This document shows, piece after piece, positions 25,501-37,418 of a stretch of DNA of 64,000 nt (its first letter is position 1; each line of letters starts with the position of its first letter). A program made the translations under genes and the position numbers. The stretch comes from Bilabrum cf. latius. Lineage: Eukaryota. The notes under the pieces are model-generated. The model was not told where the DNA came from. It did not search any database and saw only the letters and a list, made by a program, of their open reading frames with translations. The DNA lies in NCBI GenBank assembly GCA_965178125.1, contig OZ237740.1, positions 186,001 to 250,000 on the forward strand, read 5' to 3'.

Positions 25501-25860
25501 GGGCGTTAGTCCGACTCCGGATCCATCTCGCTCAATGCATCGCTGCTTCTCGCCCCGCGTCCTGCATCGCACTGCAGTGCCGGTGAGCTGCCAGTGGCCG
25601 GTTCTTCGTGCTGCCCCCCGCAGGAGGAGCAGTGCAGGCCGCATCCCGCGTGGCTCCGGCGCTTCTGCCTGCCGGTGGAGAGCCGGGCGTCCTTCCTGTC
25701 ATCTCCTGCCATGGTGCTGCACACGGTGATGCTGCTGGTTGGCTGTGGCTGGGCCCTGCTGTGGATGTGTCTCACGGTGGTGCACGCGGTGCGGTCTCCC
25801 ACGCATCCGCTGGGGAACTGGCACACGGATCCGGCGGCGCACTGCCGGTCGCCTCACTGA
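22599..25860 (+). CDS. Uncharacterised multi-pass membrane protein with long disordered loops; probable intron ~22706-22796
   Basis: Exon 1 ...WALAILNR joins IRGG via GTGAGG...CGCAG. ORF pieces 22819, 24163, 24448, 25150 and 25594 share a frame and are separated by TAGs only. Many hydrophobic helices. Ends TGA. Confidence 0.7.
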
Positions 25861-26257
25861 GAAGAAGGAAGTGGTATGCTTCCGTTCCACTCCGCGCTGG
25901 CGGGCGCCTTACTCAGCTTGCTGTCGTTGACCATGGTCCACTGCCAGTGTGATGAACGACAAATCAACACGAATTCACATTTTTAACATTGTTTTGCATT
26001 CTGTTTGGCATATTCGTATCCTTTTTGCGCCAACTAGCTACATTGCCTCGCTATCAAGTGTCTGTGGTGCGTGTGCTCTCAGTTAGCACTTTCATTTCGT
26101 TTCTGAGGCAATTCTGATCTGAGACCGGTCATTTGAGCGGGGTCGGGCAGTGCACGCTTTTGATTGCATAATTGATTTATTGGTAGGTTTTTAGTGTGTG
26201 TGGCACTCGTGATTGCTTCAACCAGCCGTCTGATAGTAGTAGCAAGGACCACGCAAG

Positions 26258-27907
26258 ATGTCGCGGCAATCTGCACCCACCGACGTAATTGACCTCATCA
26301 GCGACTCAGACGGCAGTGACAGCGACACGGATGAAAGTCAGCTCGGCAGTCGATCATGCGTTGTGGAGTCTGCTAGCAGCACGCTATCCGGATCAGGCGG
26401 GGGTCGCACTCAGGCCGTCCCACGACAGGTCGCCCAATCGTCTGGAACGGGATCCAGCGCAGTAGACGTAGCTGCATCGGGTAGTAGCACGAGTAAGCAT
26501 GATTCTGCTTCAGTGGGTCAGAAACGAGCCAGGAGCCAGAGCACTGGTGTCGAGAGCGCATCCAAGAGGCGGAAAAGGGAGACACGTGGCTATGAATGCG
26601 AGGTGTGCGGCAAGGTGCTTACTACGATGCAAAGCCTAAGGCAGCACGTGACTGTGGTGCATCTGGGGGAGCGCAAGCATGAGTGCCTAGTATGCGGCAA
26701 GCGCTTCGGAAAGACAGGCAATATCAAGACGCACATGACCATTGTGCATCTGGGGGAGCGCAAGCATGAGTGCACCGTGTGCGGCAAGCGCTTCGGGGAG
26801 GCAAGCAGCCTCAAGAAACACATGAGCACGGTGCATCTGGGGGAGCGCAAGCACGAGTGCACCGTGTGCGGCAAGCGCTTCGGGCAGGCAAGCAATCTCA
26901 AGAAGCACATGACCACTGTGCATCTGGGGGAGCGCAAGCACGAGTGCCTAGTGTGCGGCAAGCGCTTCGGGGAGGCAAGCAGCCTCAAGAAACACATGAG
27001 CACGGTGCATCTGGGGGAGCGCAAGCACGAGTGCACCGTGTGCGGCAAGCGCTTCGGGCAGGCAAGCAATCTCAAGAAGCACATGACCACTGTGCATCTG
27101 GGGGAGCGCAAGCACGAGTGCCTAGTGTGCGGCAAGCGCTTTGGGTAGGCAAGCAGCCTCAAGACACACATGATGACGGTGCATCTGGGGGAGCGCAAGC
27201 ACGAGTGCACCGTGTGCGGCAAGCGCTTCGGAAAGACAGGCAATCTCAAGAAGCACATGACCACTGTGCATCTGGGGGAGCGCAAGCACGAGTGCCTAGT
27301 GTGCGGGAAGCGCTTTGGGTAGGCAAGCAGCCTCAAGACACACATGAGGACGGTGCATCTGGGGGAGCGCAAGCACGAGTGCCTAGTATGCGGCAAGCGC
27401 TTTGGGGAGGCCGGCCATCTCAAGAAACACATGCGCACTGTGCATCTGGAGGAGCGCAAGCACGAGTGCACCGTGTGCGGGAAGCGGTTTGGGGAGGCAA
27501 GCAGCCTCAAGAAACACATGAGCACGGTGCATCTGGGGGAGCGCAAGCACGAGTGCACCGTGTGCGGCAAGCGCTTTGGGTAGGCAAGCAATCTCAAGAA
27601 ACACATGAGGACGGTGCATCTGGGGGAGCGCAAGCACGAGTGCAACGCGTGCGGTAAGCGCTTCGGGCAGGCCGACAGCCTCAAGACACACATGAGAACT
27701 GTGCATCTGGGGGAGCGCAAGCACGAGTGCACCGTATGCCGCAAGACCTTCGGGCAGGGAAGCAATCTCAAGAAACACATGAGGACGGTGCATCTGGGGG
27801 AGCGCAAGCACGAGTGCACCGTGTGCGGTAAGCATTTCGGGCAGGCAAGCGATCTCAAGAGACACAAGACCGCTGCGCACCTGGGTGAATTGGGGCAGTC
27901 TTAGTGA
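26258..27907 (+). CDS. C2H2 zinc-finger protein with 15 tandem 29-aa fingers
   Basis: 87-bp repeats encoding HECxVCGKRFGxxSxLKKHMxTVHLGERK, preceded by an acidic N-terminus and the NLS-like KRRKR. TAGs at 27146, 27320 and 27581 occupy the same position in each finger. Ends TAG TGA. Confidence 0.95.
26591..27882 (+). repeat. 87-bp tandem coding repeat (zinc-finger array, 15 units)
   Basis: Near-identical DNA units (gtgcatctgggggagcgcaagcacgagtgc...). Variation is concentrated at the recognition-helix codons. Confidence 0.9.
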
Positions 27908-28253
27908 CTGCCGGTGGTGTTTGGCTCGATGGCCCGGGGATATAATTCCTGTGTGTAGCACGGCTCGCTGTGTTTGACTTTATTCTAGCCCATCAGAGCA
28001 CGACTCATGGGGGAAAGCGTGTGTTTGCATATCAAGCAAGCAAGACGTGTTCGCAGATCATGTAGACGCCGCGTGACGGCCCGCGTCGGCGAGGCTTCAC
28101 GAACCTTCCGAACTGCATGACGGAGAATTTGCAACGTGGGAGCCGCTCTCATTGGAGCACTGAAGCTCGCAAGACTGAATAGTACAAGAATCTTTCACCG
28201 TGCACTCAGATCTGACGGCTTCATAGTCCGTGCTCAGAGTGCAAGCTTCCCTG

Positions 28254-31200
28254 ATGAAGGCTTCAGACCATCATGATATGTGCCATATTCTGGAGGAGCA
28301 CAGTGGTAGGGCGCACCCCAAGATATTCAACATTTACAACGGGAAAATTGCTGCGCATTCAACCAAAAGTATATAGAATCAATAGGATGGGTCGTCTGGC
28401 TCGTTGAAAGTCTTGCAGCGAGAGCTCTGGAGGGCCCTGCACCCCGCTGACGAAGGTGCAGCCGTCGAGTACCTGGAATGGGACTTTTTGCGTCACTTGC
28501 AGAGCATTGGGTCTGATATCCGAGGGATCCTGTCAGCAAACGCGGTATTTCGCGCCCTTGGTATCGGAAAGATGGGTGCGAGCGCAGCATCAGCGCTCAC
28601 CGTCACGCTACTGCAAGAACTCGTGGGGAACGGTGCAGTGCTGGGTCTCAGCTATTCCTCCTCGGCAACCATGAGCTCAGAATGTAAGTACTATCGGCTC
28701 GTGGCAGAGGTCGCGTTCACGGCTGCCCGGCTGCTGGAAATGTTCGCCGGCGGCTTTGGCCCGTTCTGGGCGGCCATCGCGCTGGTGCTCGCAAAGGCGG
28801 CTGAACTCATGTCGAGGGCGTTTGGTCAGAGCAGCACGCAGGTCATGAACACTCACCTGGCGCACTAGAACGTTGCATAGTTCTGCGTGAAGCTCGAGGC
28901 CCAGCGCAGCCTCCGCCGCACGATAGTCACTCTCTCGTCCATCCTGTTCGTGCCTTGGCTTGCCCTCGCCAGCGAAACGACAATTTGGGTCCTGTTCGCC
29001 GGTCTCACGGTGCTCCATTTCGTGGGTAATTTGTTCCTCGTGAGGGCGGTAAGGCTTGGCGACCTGAATACCAACAGGCTGGACGCAGGCATCTCGTCGG
29101 TGCTGCGGTGCGCGGCGGGGAGCATGACCATGACCAACATGCTAGACCGCGGTGGTGCCAAGCAGGCCTCAGCCCGTAGTGATGGCCCCACTGCTGTGCA
29201 AACACAGCCAAGCAGGCCAGGGAACTCGGATGCGCTGACAGGGAGCGCGTAGGCAGGCGCATTGGATACCCAGGTGCATCAGAGTAGAAACACGTTGCAG
29301 CTGGGCAACAACGATGATGCAGGCGGGAAGGGGGGGCTCCTTCGCCGGCGGCAACCGTCATCGTTGGAGCACACGCCAGCCGTTGATGGAGAATCCACGT
29401 TGTTTCAAGAGACATCTGAGCCTCGTGTGTCGGGTAGTTTGGCATCCGACGGCCCGCAAGTGCCGGCAGGGGCAGGGGATGCGCGCAGCAACGAGCACTC
29501 CCAACCAGGTGCTGCGCCCAGCAGCTCGTCCTCCTGGTATGACAGCTTTTTGGGACTGCTGCAGAAGGCAATTTCTGCTGTGGTACCACTGGCGTGGATG
29601 CAGCAACTGCAGGCATTGGCCAGACCAATGGGCACAACACCAGTGGATGAGGCGAAGAGGGCACTCGTGGTTATCCGCGCCTTTGAGAGCGAGAAGGTGG
29701 CAGCTTCCGTGTGGGACGATAGGCTCAAGGCGTGGAGCGCCGGTCATGCCGTTCCGTGGGAATCCCAAGTGTCATCCAGAGAAGATGCCTAGTATGCGGA
29801 AAGCTCCGAAGCAGGGGCTGAGGCCAGGACAGGCGCAAGGCAGAGGGCGGAAGAAGGCAGGCCACCACGACACGCTGATGCAGGTGCAAGTGGTGGTGCT
29901 GTACAGCCCCAAGATGTTGCTGTGCACATCCAGGCCGCGTCGTTGCCGAGGACGGGCAGTGGTACAAGCCAGGACTTTGTCGTGCCCGGTTCCACCGTGT
30001 CGAACGGGTCAGCAAGCAGCAGCCGCATGCGAGGGCGTGCCGCTGCCCTCGGCGCGCTGAGTCCCGACCCATTCGCGCAGAGAAGGGGCTCGGCCACGGG
30101 ACGGTCGATCCTCTCCGAGGAAGCGGAGCTGCAGCTGCCTCCTCTCGCCACCGACATTGGCTCCGTTGGCGGCGGGTGTGGGTCTGGGAGAGGAACTGCG
30201 GCCTTCCACGCATCGCCGGGCACCAGCCCCGTGGGCTCCCTGTCCAATGGATTGTTCCCTGGGACTCCTTCGCAGTCATCAATCGCGAATGCCCCCAGAT
30301 CTACGGCCGGGGGGATCACGTCCGCCTCCGGGGTGCGTGCTGGAGGAGTCCGCCTGGGGCGGCGTGGGAGGCTGTCGGGCCGACACTCCGGCGTGATGGT
30401 GCGCGCAGCCATGAAAGCGCTGCGCAGGCACGCCGTCCTCGCGGAGGAGACTAATTTCGCTGACCCCATCGTCCCTTAGAGTGGGTGGTCGGGCTTCCGC
30501 GGTCTCTTTGACTCGATTGAGAGCGCTTCGTGTGTGTCTCGGGCCGGGCACGCTGTCGCGGCGCGGGCGTCTGTGATACTGTATTCTTTTGTTGGGGTGT
30601 GCCTTTGGCTTGTTACCCTGGTCCTGCGCGGGTCACCGGGTCCGTGGCAAGCAGATGAGTCCCTGGCTTAGACTGTGCGGAGCAGCGACCTTGCATCGCA
30701 GGGTGGCACGCAGCAAGACGGGAGTGGCGGTCGGGGAACAAGCCGTGCGACGGACGAAGCCAGTACCCGAAGCCGTGCCATCAGCAGTGAATCGCAAGAG
30801 CGAAAGGGCTCAACAGGCGCTCTGTAGGCCGCTGGAAGTCCAAGCAGCGGCTAGTACGTCGAGGCCTCTGCCGCTTTTTTGCTGGGGCGAAGCCTCCCCT
30901 CAGTGAGAGACTGCGGCTCTGACCTGATTCTTGGAGCTCCTGCCGGACTGTTGGGTCCTGCCGCCGAGGCACTTGCGCTTGCAGCGAGGGCAGGAAGTGA
31001 TGAGGACCCGGCTGGGCCCTTGCAGCAGGACGAGGTAGCCCAGGCCATGGCCATCATCCTAGGTGACCTGCAGACGTACGGATTCAGCGTGGTGGTGCTG
31101 CAGCCGCACGCTGGGCAGGGCAGCAGTGCGGCCGCGCATGCAGCGAGTGACGGTGGTGGCCCATCGATCGCCTCTAGCCTGTCGTCCCTGTGGCAGGGAG

Positions 31201-32714
31201 GATCCAGGCCAACCGTGGCTGTCTTCTTGGGAGGGTCTGCCAGCGAGAGCCAATCGAGCCAGTCGGATGAATAGCAAGCTGCGGTTCAGACTCCCTGTGT
31301 GCGTGCCACGGGCTTAGGCTCCGCTGCTGCTGCTGCGGGTGTTGGAGTGGTATCAAGGAGGGGTGCATCATCAGATACTCGGGTCGTCAGCCGCGCAGAT
31401 GGGCTCGACCAGGCTGGTCAAACCGGTGCAAGTGCTGTGCCCGGCAATGGCGATTTCACAGGGTCTGACGGGAGCGGCTCCAGCGAGCGTTCTGTGGCGT
31501 CCACGGAGCAACGAGGAGGCTCCGTGGGCACGTTAAGCCCAGCCTTAGGCGAAGTCATTCCGCGGGACGAAGAAGACCAGGACCAGATGGGCGATTTGGT
31601 CCCTGCTGGCCTGGGCGGCCATCGGTCCCTGGCGCATGGACCCCTGGGTTTCGGCGACCACGCCTCGTCATTTGCCGATCTGAACTTTGTGGCCGCGCAA
31701 GCACAGGCGCAGGCCAACCACCGCACCGTGAATGGTGGTGCGTCGGGCGACTCCTTGTCGCTTGCCTCCGCGCCCGATGCTGGAGGGCAGCACAAGACGC
31801 ATGCGGACAGCCAAGTGGCACGGGACGCGGGGGCCGGGGCAACAGGAGGCGGCAAGCATGACTCACCCCTTTCGCCTAGCTCGTCATCCTCAGTATCTGG
31901 CAGCATTGATCGCAATGAGCCCGGGCCTGCACTCCTCGGCGTTGCTTCTGAGGCTGCTGACAGCAGCGCTGGCACAACAACAGAGCAGGTTGCTGCGCAA
32001 CGAGGCGCTACGGGAAGAGCTCCCGCATTGGCACGCTCTGGCAGTAGTCCAGGGAGTAGTGGCGGAAGTGCCGCAAAGAGAGACAGCGCAGTAGTCGTGT
32101 CGGCGTATGTCATCGCTCGGATGGCAGCATTGTATGTCAAGCACAGGGTGCTCGACAGACAGATTCAGCAGTGCGGGAGCAAAAAGGCGCTGCCTGGTGT
32201 GAAACCCCACCGTGCAGTGGAGAGGGCGTGCTTCCTGGCGAACCGGCCATGCACCAGGCACGCCATCCGATCGTCGGGTGCCTTTATCCTGCGAGGCGTG
32301 TTTCGAGCCATGAGCAACGCGCAAGCACTGGCCCCTGGACACTTTTCGAACTGGAACGCTGTGCAGATGACCAAGGGACCGGCCGAGGGTGGTCCTGGCC
32401 GATCCAGGATGGCACCGCCTGGGAAACACCAGGTTGCAACTGCGAATGGAACGAGCGCTGCTTTGCAGACAGATGCGGCTGTAGGGACGCATGCAGGAAA
32501 GAAGTCAGCTCGAGGCTCTCTCAGCCAGCTGTTTGTTCCAGAGCATGGGACCCTAGCCGCTCGGCTGATTGGTGCTGATTCCTCGCTGGAACTCATGTCC
32601 AGATGCATTGGCGCGGACAAGGCTCTAAGGAAGCAGTGGAGGCTGGCACTAACTGGGAAGATCGCATTGCCTGACACGGGCTGTAGGCTTCAGCAAGTCA
32701 CGGGGCGCGACTGA
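28254..32714 (+). CDS. RUS/DUF647 (root UVB sensitive-like) family protein with large low-complexity insertions
   Basis: The stretch YLEWDF...GILSANAVFRALGIG...LLQELVG...ECKYYRLVAE...K.EAQ...LHFVGNLFLVRAVRLGDLNTNRL matches the DUF647 pattern as I recall it. One frame with about 11 TAGs to TGA. The start codon is uncertain (28254 or 28278). Confidence 0.75.
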
Positions 32715-33797
32715 GTCGCTGGTCTGGACCGGATTTGGTTGATTATCCAAGGTGTCTTGATCCTAACGCTGTGTGGGGTTCGGTGTTGATGTCAGAGTGG
32801 GAGCGCGTGAACGTCTCGTTGGGTTCCGCTGGCGGTCGCAATTGGCTTGCCCAACAAGGCTGCTCCAAATAAAGTTCAAAATTAATTTTGGCAATTTCGA
32901 TTGGCCAAATTTCCAACAAATTGCTCATTTATTGGTCGCAAGAAAAAAATTAGTGTCGGGCCCGGACCAATTTGCCTGGCGCACCAACCAATTTTCCTGG
33001 CGCAGCGGCTCGCTCGGGAAAATTGCATTTTCCACCTCTGACACCGGGTTGAGACATAGAAAGAACACACCTGTGCCGAAAAGGTTAATCAATTGGTAAG
33101 TTAGATATTAATGAGGTGTCCATTGCAACGTAGGAGCTTCCTCTCTTGTCTGGGTAAGCTCGCTTCGAGTCTGTCGGCATGCATATCTCGCACAACTCTG
33201 GATCGTGCCCGCGTCGCAGGTGCGCGCAAGCCATGGATACTAAAAGTGTGCATTCGTAGCATTGCAAGCGGACTTTGGATCGATTAGGGACATTTGGGGC
33301 CAAACTGAGGCAAGCGATTCGACTCTCCGTGCCTCACTGCTCTGCCTCCCAGCTAGATGTGTTGACATGGCAGTTCATCCAGATCGGTCTCGATTCGATG
33401 CAAAGTTCGTCTGCGCCTAGTGCCACAGATCTATAGTATACCGGTGAGCAACGCGCTGAGCAGTCGCAACAGTCCGCACCGATCTCGTAGGACATTCGAG
33501 AGCAAATTTGACGATCCGAAGTCATTCTCTGGAGGCTTGCTCTGGGAGTTTATTCGTCTGCTAAGAATATCGTTACGGATTAGGACAGCTTCTCAAATTA
33601 AGGCCATCAAAAGTGCTGAGAAGCTGTTCGAGGGTCTGACTGGGGTGTCTACGTGCCAGTTTGCTGTGCTAGACTTCGCGCTGACAGGCGTCGGAGCTTC
33701 GGCGGGCATTGAGGCCAAATATTCTAAAAATCAATTCTTTTCTGGACCAGGTGCACTTTGAACAGTCCATAAGATGAGAACCAGACAAAGTCCATGA

Positions 33798-35669
33798 TCA
33801 CCTCCTCTTGACCCTCTTTCTTCTGAGGTTGAGCCTCTTCTGCCGCATCCTGCCGCCATCCTCCTTGCCGAGTTCGATCTTGTCGCGGGCCCAAAGGCTG
33901 TTGAACATCTCCTTGGCGGGATGCTGCTGCCGCACCACGGCCATGCGCCTCATCTCGCCGGCCAGCTCGTCGCCCAGGGCAAGCGCAGGCCGAAGCATGG
34001 TCTCTGCGTTAGACATGGGCGCCTTCTTGCCGGCGCGCAGGGGCACTGGCTTGGCTTCCATTGCGGCCGCTTTCCTCTCCGCCAGCTTCTCCTGCCTCGC
34101 GGCCTCCTTCTTGGCTGCTTCTTCTTTTTCTAGCTGCTTGGCTCTCTTGCTGTTGCGCTTGGCCTCCTTTGCCTTTGACTCTTTCTCCGCCCTCTGCTTT
34201 GCGTGCAGCTCGAGCATCTCCCTGTGCCTCTTCTCCTTGTTCCTCTGGGTCTTGGTCTTGCGGTCCTCGGCCGAGACGCGGCGCGCGCCCGCCGCTCGCC
34301 TCTGCTCCTCCCACGCCGCCCTGGTCGTGTCCTCGTCCTCGTCGCTCCAGTCGCTAAACGCCTCCTCCAGGCCCAGCAAGTCCTCCTCCTCCGCGGCACC
34401 CTTGCCCTTGCCCTTGCCCTTGCCGTCCCGCTTTTTCTCAAGGAATTCCTTGCGGCGCCACTTCTGCCTCAGAATGTCAAGACCAGAAGGCGCCGCGGGA
34501 GAGAGACCCAGCCGTGTGTTGGCCTCATCACCGCGGAGGGCAGCCTGCCTCTCCGCGCGCTTGCGGCGCTTCTCCAGCGCGGCCGCGGCTGCGGCGTGGA
34601 GCTCGTCCTGGTACTGCTCCTTCTCCGGGTTGTAGGATTCTGCCCTGCCCGGCAGAGTGGTGGCGGTGAGGGTGGCTCGCTCCTTGGGTGCCTCGGCTGG
34701 GAGCCCTCGGGGCAGGGGGCGGGAGGTCTCGGAGCGGGCCGCCTCGTCCTCCTCGCGCGCCCCCGCGCGCTTCCACTTCCGGCTTGCGCCGACAGGTTTG
34801 ACCACCCCTGCTTTCTTCTCGATCGTGACCATGATTTCGTGCTGTTTCCTGCGCCGCTCGGCGTCGGACGCCGAAGACGAGGAGGAAGACGAGACAGCAG
34901 TGCCCGCTGCAGCTACTGCAGACGAGGAGGAAGAAGACGAGGAGGAAGTGGAGCTTGCAGCACCAGGCAGGGAAGGGGGCGCAGCTCCATTGGCTGCGAC
35001 ACCTTCGGCGCCCCAGAGATTCAGCTCAGGGTCCTGCGCGTCCGGCATGCCCCGCTTCCGCGCCTGCTCGCCCTGCTAGGGACCGAGCGGCTCTTCCCGC
35101 ATGATGGCCCGCGTCATGGGCGTCTCGCCAAGGGCTTGCGTGGGTGCCTTGTATTCGAGGGCATCCGTGTTGAATTCCTCTGCTTCTGGGTCGAAGGCAC
35201 CGGCCCCTCCATTGTCGGCTTGCTGCTTGCCTCGCTGCCTGTCCCGCCGCATCTTCTTCGTCCCAGCCCTGGGTTTGCTTGCCTCTAAAATCCTCCTAAC
35301 CTTTGCTTCAGACATCTAAACAGTTGATTTCGAGCCGAACGCGCCCCCAGACTTGATGTCAACTCCCCCCTGGCCTTCGCTATTGGCAGTTGCAGTCATG
35401 GCCAAAATCTTGTCTACCATCTTCTAGGAGTTTGAGCCCTCTGGAGCCTCCGAGACTTCCTTCTTGAATACCTTAGTCCCCTTTTCACGCTGTGCAATGC
35501 GCCTTTTCTTTTTGCTAAGGCCTGCAAACTTGTCCTCAGTGTCGTCAATCTTGAAGAGCTCTGCGTCTTTGGCCTCCTAGACTGTGCTCTTTTGATTCGC
35601 CCGCTCCAAAATTTCCTGCATTTCCATCTCAATATCTCTCAATCTTTGCTTGCGCTTGCGTTTCGGCAT
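33798..35669 (-). CDS. NOP53: Ribosome biogenesis protein NOP53 (GLTSCR2)
   Basis: N-terminal ELFKIDD (LFxxD arch-interacting motif), SYNP motif, RKTKTQRNK, LGDELAGEMRR and RDKIE. Four TAGs must be read through to connect the N-terminal motif. Ends TGA. Confidence 0.85.
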
Positions 35670-35799
35670 TGTTTAAACTCGTTGAGGCAATGAATCTGTC
35701 ATGAAGAGGAACCGAGGTGTTCCTTCATCTAACCGAACCTTCGCTGATCCGATAAGCGAAGCGAACCCATTTGCAAGTGCAACTGCAATTCCTTTAAAC

Positions 35800-37340
35800 T
35801 CACGAACCACCGACTCCTGTCGAAGTGCCGCTTGCGCCGCCAGATGCAGCCTCTGCTTTCTGTCGCCTGGTATCTTCTCTCTGCTTGACCGCCCGCTCAT
35901 ACGCCGCCCTGTACCTCGCCTGCCCTGCCTCCCGCAAGCCAGCCAGCTCGCCCCTCCCGGCCTGAAGCTTGAGCACCTCCAGCACCAGAGGAACGAAGTT
36001 GTGCCTGCGGCGGAGGTTCTCAAGCCTCTGCGCCTCTCTAAGCTCCACTTCGTTCTGCAGTGCCGTGCAACTGTTCCCCAGCGCCTCCCTGTATCGCCCC
36101 CCTATGGCCTCGAGGGCACCCGCGTCCACCCCGAGGCTCTCTAACTCAAACCGCACCTTACTTCCCCCGGTGGCTGCCTCGAGGGCCGTGGTGGGAGCCT
36201 TGGGAAACCACGAGGGCAGCGGTGGTGCTGCACCGGCTGGTGCCCCGGTTTCGGCTGCGGCAGCGGAACCTGGGGCAGAGGCTTCCGCGGCGCCGCCGGC
36301 AGCACCACCAGCACCTCCACCAGCGCCGCTGGAGGATGAAGATGAAGATGTCGAGCCTGCCGCGGCGGGCAGCGCACGTCTGACAGTCGCCTCCGCCTCT
36401 GTGGACTCCCATGGCTTCCCTCCTTGTTCCCTGGCGGCTTCGAGACCCGCCGGCCCGGCGCCAGCGATCGTCGCGGCCTGCGCGAGGCTGAGGGCTGCTT
36501 CGGCGGCCCGCACGTCAGCAACAAGTCGCTGCCTCGGGTCGGCCACCAGTCCCAGCAGAGTGAATCGAAGCTCCTCCTCTGCGTAGAGCCTCATCCTACG
36601 CTCGATGTCTGGCTTGGCTATCTTCCACCAGTCCTTTTTGGGAATGCCTGCTGCCTGCTCCGACAGCCTTCCAAGCAAGACAGGGCCGCGATTCAGGCCG
36701 TCCATTTCGAAGACTCGATCCCCAACTCGAACGTACGCTACGAAATGGAACGCTTCTCCAGTTTTCTCGTCGTCGTCATCGTCGCCCGCTTCCAGGAACG
36801 TGTCTGGCCGAGCAAAGCTGTTGTGGGCCTCTCGGAGAGTATCGTTCGAGTTGAGCATAGCCCCGCGCATGTCGGCAGGTACTGCAGCTGCAAACTCTTT
36901 GATGTTGGTCAAAGTTTCCCCGCGGTGAATCCCTTCGGCGTTGCAGAGAATATGCAGGAGAGCCTGGGTGCCACATGCGTTCTAAATGACCTGGGATGCA
37001 AAGAACACCGTGGGATCGTCGCTGCTAGAAAATGCAGATCCAGAGCCAAGCTCTTGCTACCCTTTTTCGTACTTAAAGAGGAACAGAAGCCCGTGCAAGT
37101 CCTCATAGCTTCCAAACACGCTTTCATCCATTCCGTACAGCTCTTCGACCTTCACCCCCTTTACCCCGAACTTCTCGATTAGCTCCTGCGACATCGGTTG
37201 AAGATAATTTCACGGGAAAACCAGACGATAGCGTGTCCCGTGGTACGCGAAGAAACACTGCTGGTTAAACTACACTTGGCGGACGTGCTCACGTTGAACA
37301 CTGCAGGATCAGACTCGATTGTCGTCCATGCTGGCTCCAT
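35800..37340 (-). CDS. UCHL5: Ubiquitin C-terminal hydrolase UCH37/UCHL5-like; intron 37186-37292
   Basis: WTTIESDPAVF, QVI*NACGTQA (catalytic Cys), AHNSFAR, FHFVAY, FEMDGL and the C-terminal ENLRRRHNFVP (ULD). GTGAGC...CGCAG intron. Ends TGA. Confidence 0.92.
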
Positions 37341-37418
37341 CACAGAGAATATACAACTAGTTGATATAAATGGGTTGCGTAATATGCAGTTTGGTCGTCT
37401 CTGTTGTGTGATGCAGTG

